Of a DNA stretch of 32,000 nt, positions 1-5,689 are shown in pieces. The stretch comes from Synechococcus sp. A15-24. GTDB taxonomy: Bacteria; Cyanobacteriota; Cyanobacteriia; PCC-6307; Cyanobiaceae. Position numbers and translations under genes: made by a program. The stretch spans positions 630,001 through 662,000 of the forward strand of contig NZ_CP047960.1 in NCBI RefSeq assembly GCF_014280195.1. Direction: 5' to 3'. How positions within the stretch are numbered: position 1 is the stretch's first letter; each line of letters begins with the position of its first letter. The notes below the pieces were generated by a model. That model saw only the letters and a list, made by a program, of their open reading frames with translations, was not told where the DNA came from and ran no database searches.

Positions 1-2
1 TT

Positions 3-227
3 GTTGAATCCGAGGATCAAAAAGGATTTGTATTTGAAGGGGCAGAGCCTACATTTAGCGATTTTTTGTACATATCTTATTCAATAGGCCTTACCTATTC
101 AATGACTGATTGTGGTATTAAGGATTCTTCCGTCAGGCGTGTTGTCATTATTCACTGTCTTTCATCATTTCTGTTTGCCTCAACAGTCCTCTCTATCATA
201 TTTTCATTGGCAACTAAAGTGAGTTGA
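3..227 (+). CDS. C-terminal fragment of a DUF1345-like integral membrane protein; the 5' end lies outside the window.
   Basis: Frame 3 is open from position 3 to TGA at 225-227. It translates to VESEDQKGFVFEGAEPTFSDFLYISYSIGLTYSMTDCGIKDSSVRRVVIIHCLSSFLFASTVLSIIFSLATKVS. The pattern (DFLY-S-SIG-T, D, RR, H, SF-F plus a hydrophobic tail) matches my recollection of the DUF1345 C-terminus. It is absent from the ORF track because it has no start codon in the window. Confidence 0.5.
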   Translation, partial: VESEDQKGFVFEGAEPTFSDFLYISYSIGLTYSMTDCGIKDSSVRRVVIIHCLSSFLFASTVLSIIFSLATKVS

Positions 228-257
228 CGTGTGAGGGACCAGCCCGGCGCACGTCAA
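224..257 (+). terminator. Hairpin overlapping the stop codon of the DUF1345-like ORF; a possible weak terminator or a palindromic operator.
   Basis: There is a perfect 8-bp inverted repeat, TTGACGTG (224-231) and CACGTCAA (250-257), with an 18-nt GC-rich loop, followed by TTTGTGTGCATTT. The loop is long for a classic intrinsic terminator. Confidence 0.3.
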
Positions 258-355
258 TTTGTGTGCATTTGCAATCATTTCGGAGGGTTGCTGTAATGAG
301 CACTTCCCAAAAACCAGATCATCTTTAAAATTCTGCTGATGAACCAAATTTTGTC

Positions 356-658
356 ATGTTTGAACTCGAGTATCTCGTTGCCTTTGGCTTGGGCGCTGGG
401 CTCGTCGCACTTACTCCTGTTGTAGCAGCTGCTGCCGGGAAAGAAAGTTCCATCACGAAATCTGTTGCAGGTGCTGGCCGCGGCCTTACAAAACAAGGCC
501 TTAAGGTCGGCCTCTTCGTGGGTGGCAAGGTGTCTGGACTCTTTTCTGGCGTAAAGTCTGGCATTAATGAAGTTGGTGAAAGCTTCGGCGACATCCTTGC
601 TGAAGCCAAAGCCGACATGGCGGCACCGAAAACCAAAACCGCATCACCAAAGGCTTAA
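356..658 (+). CDS. Small membrane protein, paralog A (100 aa). It has an N-terminal TM helix, a Gly-zipper/Lys-rich middle and an acidic C-terminal helix. It is DUF5132-like by recollection only.
   Basis: ATG at 356 and TAA at 656-658. The N-terminus MFELEYLVAFGLGAGLVALTPVV is paralogous to the ORF at 2238. G-x3-G repeats occur in GLFVGGKVSGLFSGVKSG. The C-terminal motif ESFGDILAEAKAD is shared with paralog B (ESFVDLVEEAKSE). Confidence 0.75.
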   Translation: MFELEYLVAFGLGAGLVALTPVVAAAAGKESSITKSVAGAGRGLTKQGLKVGLFVGGKVSGLFSGVKSGINEVGESFGDILAEAKADMAAPKTKTASPKA

Positions 659-661
659 GGC

Positions 662-1102
662 TTGCGAGTTACAGTTAAACACCGTATTTTTGGGCGCGTA
701 AGATTTTGTTGGCAAAAAAAATTAACATTCTATGACATGCATTTCATGGAATGTTCATTTTTTTTTGTGTTTCCCACATGTCGTTTTCGACCGGTTTCGG
801 GCAATTCTGGTTGTGTGATCCATTTTGATGAAGCTGCTGATCATTCACTCTTTTCTCAGATCACTACGTGGATAGGTGATTTCTTAGCAATTGGCAATTG
901 TCAGGGACCCTTGCTTCCACCGTCCAAGACGGATTTATTGATCGATAAGGCTAAAGGTTGGACAGCTCAGTCCATGATCGTAATAGCAATACTTGGCTGG
1001 ATTCTTCCAATTCTTCCAGGAACACCTTTTTTCTTACTAGCTTGGTGGCTTGGTTGGAGACCAGTATCGTCAACTGAGCTGTCAGTTGTGACTGAACCAT
1101 AG
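662..1102 (+). CDS. HMA2/CoBaHMA-like N-terminal domain fused to a DUF454/YbaN-like two-helix membrane hairpin (146 aa).
   Basis: The only start that keeps the conserved VKHRIFGRVRF strand is TTG at 662, which is 3 nt after and in frame with the upstream TAA. The second conserved strand is TCRFRPVSGNSGCVIHF. The C-terminal ILGWILPILPGTPFFLLAWW resembles the YbaN motif LP-LPTTPF-LLA. Internal A8 (714-721) and T9 (758-766) tracts are present. Confidence 0.6.
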   Translation: MRVTVKHRIFGRVRFCWQKKLTFYDMHFMECSFFFVFPTCRFRPVSGNSGCVIHFDEAADHSLFSQITTWIGDFLAIGNCQGPLLPPSKTDLLIDKAKGWTAQSMIVIAILGWILPILPGTPFFLLAWWLGWRPVSSTELSVVTEP

Positions 1103-2143
1103 AGTAAGCCATCCTAGAGCGATTTGAGCACGCTCACATTGCTTGGAAACGAACTCTGTTGGCAATGCAATACTTCGGCAATACCCATTGAATATCAAAT
1201 GTATGCTTGCGTCGACTTGTTCGATTTTTAAATTAGCCTTTGTCACACCCGGCAAGAATATTTTTGCGCAAAGTTTCTCTGTATCCCACTCCTCGATGCG
1301 ATTGCTTGCTCTCTTCTCATCATTTGTTTTGGCTTCTTCAACTAAAGCGGGAACTGCGATTGATTTGTTGATCATTATTGGTCCCTGTCGGCATTCATTC
1401 TCGAGTTCAACATTGGCTTCAGTACTTGCCTCCTCGACTATTAGAATATGAGGTATTGCACGGTGCATTCCAGCAATGCTAAGCCGATTCCTTAGCTGCG
1501 CAGGCTTGTAGTTCTTGCCGTCAAGAATTAATGTGAAATGATGATTGCTACGATCAGAGATCGTTTTTTGTAGGAGATGTAAGCGGCTTTTCCAGGCGTC
1601 GTTAAGACGCAACTGTTGTGACGAGGGCAAGCGTAGGCGTAGTATTTTTTCGACTGTCGAGAGTGTTTGGCGCGTTTTGTCCCACCAGTTGAGCAACGGC
1701 TCAAGCAATTGGTCGATCAAGGCTGGACCCTTTTGCGCCATGCCCAGGATTTTCAGTGCATGCAATGGCGTTGGCAGGATTGCGATCAAAATTGTCCCCA
1801 TTTGAGCACTCTCCAGTGCTTCTGAGAAGAAGATTAATTTGGTTAAATCTTCGATTCCAGGTATTGGAGGGAGCTCGGTTGATTGTTTAGAGGCAATGTC
1901 GAGCAGTTGCCACCACTCACTAGCGTGAGGATTGAGCTGCTTCCAAAGCTGCTTGAGAACACTGATATGGTCGAAGTATTGAATAATACAATTGTTGCTC
2001 GCCGTGAGCTGCGCGTGATCTAAATTGAACTCACCTGAAAGGTCATACAGCTTGATTTGACAATCTCTTGTCTGGTTCAAGAAAAAATCTTGCAACCATT
2101 GATGTATCGCCGTATACCTATCTGCGCTGACCAAGAGGATCAA
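1082..2143 (-). CDS. ArsA/Get3-like protein that lacks the P-loop and carries a C-terminal HSP20-like (ArsA_HSP20-type) domain (353 aa).
   Basis: TTG start at 2143 with an in-frame TAA at 2159-2161, so no Walker A can be encoded. The N-terminus ILLVSADRYTAI aligns with the ArsA LLVSTDPAHSL region. IPGIEDL followed by ILIAILPTPLHALKIL aligns with PG-eE and D-APTGHTLRLL. The C-terminus IFLPGVTKANLKIEQVDASIHLIFNGYCRSIALP resembles the ArsA HSP20-like tail. The 3' end overlaps ORF 662..1102 by 21 nt in convergent orientation. Confidence 0.65.
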   Translation of the reverse strand: MILLVSADRYTAIHQWLQDFFLNQTRDCQIKLYDLSGEFNLDHAQLTASNNCIIQYFDHISVLKQLWKQLNPHASEWWQLLDIASKQSTELPPIPGIEDLTKLIFFSEALESAQMGTILIAILPTPLHALKILGMAQKGPALIDQLLEPLLNWWDKTRQTLSTVEKILRLRLPSSQQLRLNDAWKSRLHLLQKTISDRSNHHFTLILDGKNYKPAQLRNRLSIAGMHRAIPHILIVEEASTEANVELENECRQGPIMINKSIAVPALVEEAKTNDEKRASNRIEEWDTEKLCAKIFLPGVTKANLKIEQVDASIHLIFNGYCRSIALPTEFVSKQCERAQIALGWLTLWFSHN

Positions 2144-2237
2144 GGCATTGTCTTCGTCTTAGAACGCCATTGTATCGGGGATGTCGTCGGAGGTTTCAAG
2201 AATTTTGAGTTATTATTTCTTGAACTTCCATGACACT

Positions 2238-2579
2238 ATGTTCGAGCTAGAAACCCTTGCGGCTTTTGGCGCGGGTGCTGCCTTGATGGCATTAGCTCCG
2301 GTAGTTCGCAAGATGGGTAATCAAGAACTTGGCGATTCAATGGGGCAGGCTGGTCGCACAATGGCCAAAGGTGGTGTCAAGGTTGGTCTTGTTGCAGCAG
2401 GCGTTGCAGGGAAAGTTGCCAAGGGTGTCGCTAAGAATGCCGCTGAAGTCGCTGAATCATTTGTAGACCTGGTTGAAGAGGCTAAATCCGAACGGGTTGA
2501 GCCAACGAACATTGATGATGCTCAGCCATCTGCCGAGGCCCCTCAATCTCAGAGAGTCACCAATGTGACTGTCGAGTAA
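2238..2579 (+). CDS. Small membrane protein, paralog B (113 aa), of the same family as 356..658.
   Basis: The internal ATG at 2238 gives MFELETLAAFGAGAALMALAPVV, collinear with the paralog A N-terminus. A Gly/Ala/Lys-rich middle is followed by ESFVDLVEEAKSE. The longer track ORF from 2181 adds 19 residues with no counterpart in the paralog. Confidence 0.75.
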   Translation: MFELETLAAFGAGAALMALAPVVRKMGNQELGDSMGQAGRTMAKGGVKVGLVAAGVAGKVAKGVAKNAAEVAESFVDLVEEAKSERVEPTNIDDAQPSAEAPQSQRVTNVTVE

Positions 2580-2621
2580 GTACGACTCCAGCACCCATCC
2601 AAAACTTCTCTCGAAAACACC

Positions 2622-5156
2622 ATGGCCACATCATTTCAGATTGATTCAGGTCTTGGGATCGTTGACGGAGGCGCTTCTACTCGAGCCTCCCGAGAGTACG
2701 TTCTACCAAGATTTATTGATCGCATTCTCCACGCTTCGCCCAGAAGACTTCGATTCAGTGTGGAGTCTGGTTTTCAAGATCCAGATAACTTTACACGTCA
2801 TATTAAATCTCTTGCATCAGTTGGACAGGTTCGTTTTAACAATTTGGCTTCGTGCTATGTCGTCGTTTTTAAGACAGGTCAATCAGTTGACGCACTTCAA
2901 TGGCTCAGTGCTTTGCCGCGACGAGCGCGTGAGATACCTTTTGTGCCAGAAGTTGCGCTAATTAATGCTGTAGATTCTTCAAATGTGCAGTTAGCTGAGG
3001 AAGAAGATGAAAAATTTGTCCCAACGCGCATTATACTCCCCGTCTGCTCTCTTGGCCTGGCGATAGCAGCTGGTCCTCTGTCCCTTCCTCCCCTTGCCGT
3101 TGGTGTTTTTATTATTGGTGCAGCACATCTGAGTTTTAAACGGGCTTGGGAGGGTTTAAAGAAAGAACGCAAGATTAATGTTGATTTCCTTGATGCTTTA
3201 GCTGTATTGCTTCACAGTTTGGAAGGATTTCTTCTGGGTCCGGCCATGATGATCACCATGATTGAGGGTGGTGAGGCTGTACGGGACGCCACCCAGCGAA
3301 TTGCCAATTCATCAAATACTGATCTGGTTTCAAGTCTTCAATCTGATGTTCGTCTTCTCACGGAAGATGGCGAGAAGATTGTTTCAAGTTTTGATCTTAA
3401 TCCGGGTGATCGGGTTTCCTTTTTGCCAGGTGACAAGATACCAATCGATGGCGTCATTGAATCTGGAGAAGCTTCCCTGGACGTTGTCAAGCTTACAGGT
3501 GAATCAGTTCCCAGAATGTCTGGCCCTGGAGAGGAAATCTTAGCAGGTTTTATCGTCCTCGAGGGTCACATTATTGTGACAACTTCAGCGGTCGGTGATG
3601 ATACACGTGTGGGGCAGATCACCAAAATGATTGAGTCCGCACCTGTATTTGATACACGTGTTGGTAATTTTGCCGCAAATATTGCCAATCACTTTGTTAT
3701 CCCAACATTGGTTCTTGCGGGTGTTTCCTTGTTGCTGAGTGCCGGCAACATTGCCCAGGCAGCGTCGCTGTTGATGTTCGATCTTGGAACTGGTTTACGT
3801 GTATCCGTTCCCACGGCCATTATGGCGGCTCTCACCAGAGCTGGAAGCCAGGGTCTGCTGATTCGCAGTGGACGAGCTCTTGAACAGTTGGTTGATGTGG
3901 ATGTTGTTGTGTTTGACAAAACCGGCACTTTGACAGAAGGTCATCCATCCGTTGTCGAATTTACGATATTTGATCAAACAGGGTCCCCCATCGAAGTTGT
4001 TGCTTCTGATCGCCTCAGGCATCTTTTGCAACTTTCCACCTCCCTGGAACAAGGCCTGAATCATCCAATCGCCAAGGCGATTCGTGATTTTGCTGCAGAG
4101 CAGGATGTCGAGGTTATTGACTGTGAAAGCTGGGATTACAGAGTTGGTCGTGGTGTCGTCGCCACTGTGAACGATCAGACCATTCTTCTAGGCAATTCAA
4201 AACTACTTCACGAAGAAGGGGTTGAGATCTGGTCAGTCGATTCCAAGCCGGAACTCGACGTGGCAACCCCAATTTATCTCGCTGTTGACGGCCTACTAGT
4301 TGGTATTCACTACGCACTTGATCGTGTGCGACCTGATACTCCAGCCATGATCGCTGAGTTGCATCGCCGTGGTATCGAAGCTCACATGCTTACGGGTGAT
4401 ATTTCCTCTGTTGCCCATGCAGTTGCTGCTGACATTGGACTGCAGCGGCACGAAGTTCATTCAGATGCCTTACCTGATCAGAAAGCTGAATTAGTTCAAA
4501 AGTTTACGGCTGAAGGCAAAAAAGTTGTCTTTGTGGGTGATGGTATCAACGATTCCGCAGCTCTTGCTTATGCAGATGTCTCTGTATCGTTTGCCTCAGG
4601 TAGCGACCTTGCTCGAGAAACTGCTGACATTGTTCTCACCAATGACCAGGTATCGGATTTGATTGTTGCTCAAGACTTAGCGAGACACACCTTTGCTTTG
4701 GTGAAGCAGAACATTGGAATTGTTGGAGTCCCGAATTTATCCGCACTTTTGATCGGTACGTTTCTTCCTGTTAATCCAATTGCTGCTGTTTTCCTCAACA
4801 ACGGTTCTTGTCTCGTGGCAGCGGGTAATGCGATCCGCGCTCTTGGCTTCAAGGCTAAATCACTTCCAGAGGTTGATGCTTCATCTGATGAAGTTCTAGT
4901 TGAGCCGATTTTGTCTGAAGCCTCAGAAGTCAGACCGATAACCAAAGATTCTATGGACGCTAAAACTACCTCTCCTTCCATCCAACTTGATCTGTCTGCC
5001 CTCTCCAGTCGGGTTGGCCTGAGTTACCAGAAGATCTCTGCTCGTCGTCGTCGGAGTGATTTCATTGACTGGATATCGGCCCATGATCCTGAGGGTTATG
5101 GTTGGGAGTACAGCAAGGATCGCAACACCTTTTCCATGGTTGCTGCGAATTCATGA
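2622..5156 (+). CDS. P1B-like P-type ATPase (844 aa) with an HMA2/CoBaHMA-like N-terminal domain, no CPx-type TM motif, and a C-terminal extension of about 100 aa.
   Basis: Motifs KLTGESVP (TGE), VVFDKTGTLT, LNHPIAKAI (P1B SEHP-like), MLTGD and GDGINDSAAL are all present. The N-terminus carries SPRRLRFSV and VGQVRFNNLASCYVVVF. The segment aligned to CPC-ALGLATPTAIM reads FDLGTGLRVSVPTAIM. Confidence 0.95.
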   Translation: MATSFQIDSGLGIVDGGASTRASREYVLPRFIDRILHASPRRLRFSVESGFQDPDNFTRHIKSLASVGQVRFNNLASCYVVVFKTGQSVDALQWLSALPRRAREIPFVPEVALINAVDSSNVQLAEEEDEKFVPTRIILPVCSLGLAIAAGPLSLPPLAVGVFIIGAAHLSFKRAWEGLKKERKINVDFLDALAVLLHSLEGFLLGPAMMITMIEGGEAVRDATQRIANSSNTDLVSSLQSDVRLLTEDGEKIVSSFDLNPGDRVSFLPGDKIPIDGVIESGEASLDVVKLTGESVPRMSGPGEEILAGFIVLEGHIIVTTSAVGDDTRVGQITKMIESAPVFDTRVGNFAANIANHFVIPTLVLAGVSLLLSAGNIAQAASLLMFDLGTGLRVSVPTAIMAALTRAGSQGLLIRSGRALEQLVDVDVVVFDKTGTLTEGHPSVVEFTIFDQTGSPIEVVASDRLRHLLQLSTSLEQGLNHPIAKAIRDFAAEQDVEVIDCESWDYRVGRGVVATVNDQTILLGNSKLLHEEGVEIWSVDSKPELDVATPIYLAVDGLLVGIHYALDRVRPDTPAMIAELHRRGIEAHMLTGDISSVAHAVAADIGLQRHEVHSDALPDQKAELVQKFTAEGKKVVFVGDGINDSAALAYADVSVSFASGSDLARETADIVLTNDQVSDLIVAQDLARHTFALVKQNIGIVGVPNLSALLIGTFLPVNPIAAVFLNNGSCLVAAGNAIRALGFKAKSLPEVDASSDEVLVEPILSEASEVRPITKDSMDAKTTSPSIQLDLSALSSRVGLSYQKISARRRRSDFIDWISAHDPEGYGWEYSKDRNTFSMVAANS

Positions 5157-5677
5157 CTCCGACGCTTCATTTGCGCCACCGTACAGATCATCGTTGGCGA
5201 TTCGTTGTGTCCCAATCATCTGCTCTTGATTGGGTCCGCTTGCAAAGTGACCTCCTCAATGTTTTCCCCCAGAGCAGCTGGTTTGTTCGCATCAACCAGA
5301 GGGTTGGTTCGATTGTTATTTGCCGATTGGCCTCAGCACCACGCCTTCGCCAAGATCCGCTGACGCTGGTGTTTGGTCGTATTGCTCAGCAATTGAACCT
5401 TCAAGGATTTTCCATTTCTGAAACTCCTTTGATACCAACTGAAATCATGGACCAGACCTCACAGAACTGGAGAAACACTATTCAGTCAGCGTTTCGTTTC
5501 ATTGCTAATGCTGCTTCTGTGTCCTTATCCATATCCACGTTGCTGTTCTCTTTCGCCATTTTTATAATCGGGTTTTTAGGTCTATTCATACCCTTTTCAC
5601 CCGGGATCTGGTTGTTGATTGCCGCAACAGCTCTCTTTGACCTCGCACTTACTTTTCGTCGCCCCTTCGTCGTTTAA
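5153..5677 (+). CDS. HMA2/CoBaHMA-like domain fused to a degenerate DUF454-like membrane hairpin (174 aa); paralog of 662..1102.
   Basis: The ATG at 5153 overlaps the ATPase TGA (ATGA at 5153-5156). The N-terminus has LRHRTDHRWRFVV and SWFVRINQRVGSIVICR. The C-terminus is FIIGFLGLFIPFSPGIWLLIAATALF. The longer track start at 5102 would lie inside the ATPase coding region. Confidence 0.65.
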   Translation: MTPTLHLRHRTDHRWRFVVSQSSALDWVRLQSDLLNVFPQSSWFVRINQRVGSIVICRLASAPRLRQDPLTLVFGRIAQQLNLQGFSISETPLIPTEIMDQTSQNWRNTIQSAFRFIANAASVSLSISTLLFSFAIFIIGFLGLFIPFSPGIWLLIAATALFDLALTFRRPFVV

Positions 5678-5689
5678 TCCCTTCTGATC

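Noticed and set aside
264-283. A possible Fur box (TGCATTTGCAATCATTT) upstream of small-protein gene A.
   Set aside because: Only a partial, one-sided resemblance to the GATAATGATAATCATTATC consensus. It is too weak to call without a scoring matrix.
275-636. Minus-strand ORFs of 73 aa and 103 aa overlapping small-protein gene A.
   Set aside because: They are antisense to an ORF that has a clear paralog in the window, and they have no recognisable features.
650-663. The idea that the AAGGCTT tandem duplication broke an ancestral fusion of ORFs 356..658 and 662..1102.
   Set aside because: Removing one 7-nt copy shifts the downstream ORF out of frame and runs into a stop within about 12 codons. 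The duplication therefore cannot be a simple fusion-breaking event. I kept it only as an observation.
2181-2237. The longer start (ATG 2181) for small-protein paralog B, and similarly ATG 5102 for the 174-aa protein.
   Set aside because: Paralog alignment begins exactly at MFELE (ATG 2238). ATG 5102 lies inside the ATPase coding region, whereas ATG 5153 forms a classic ATGA overlap.
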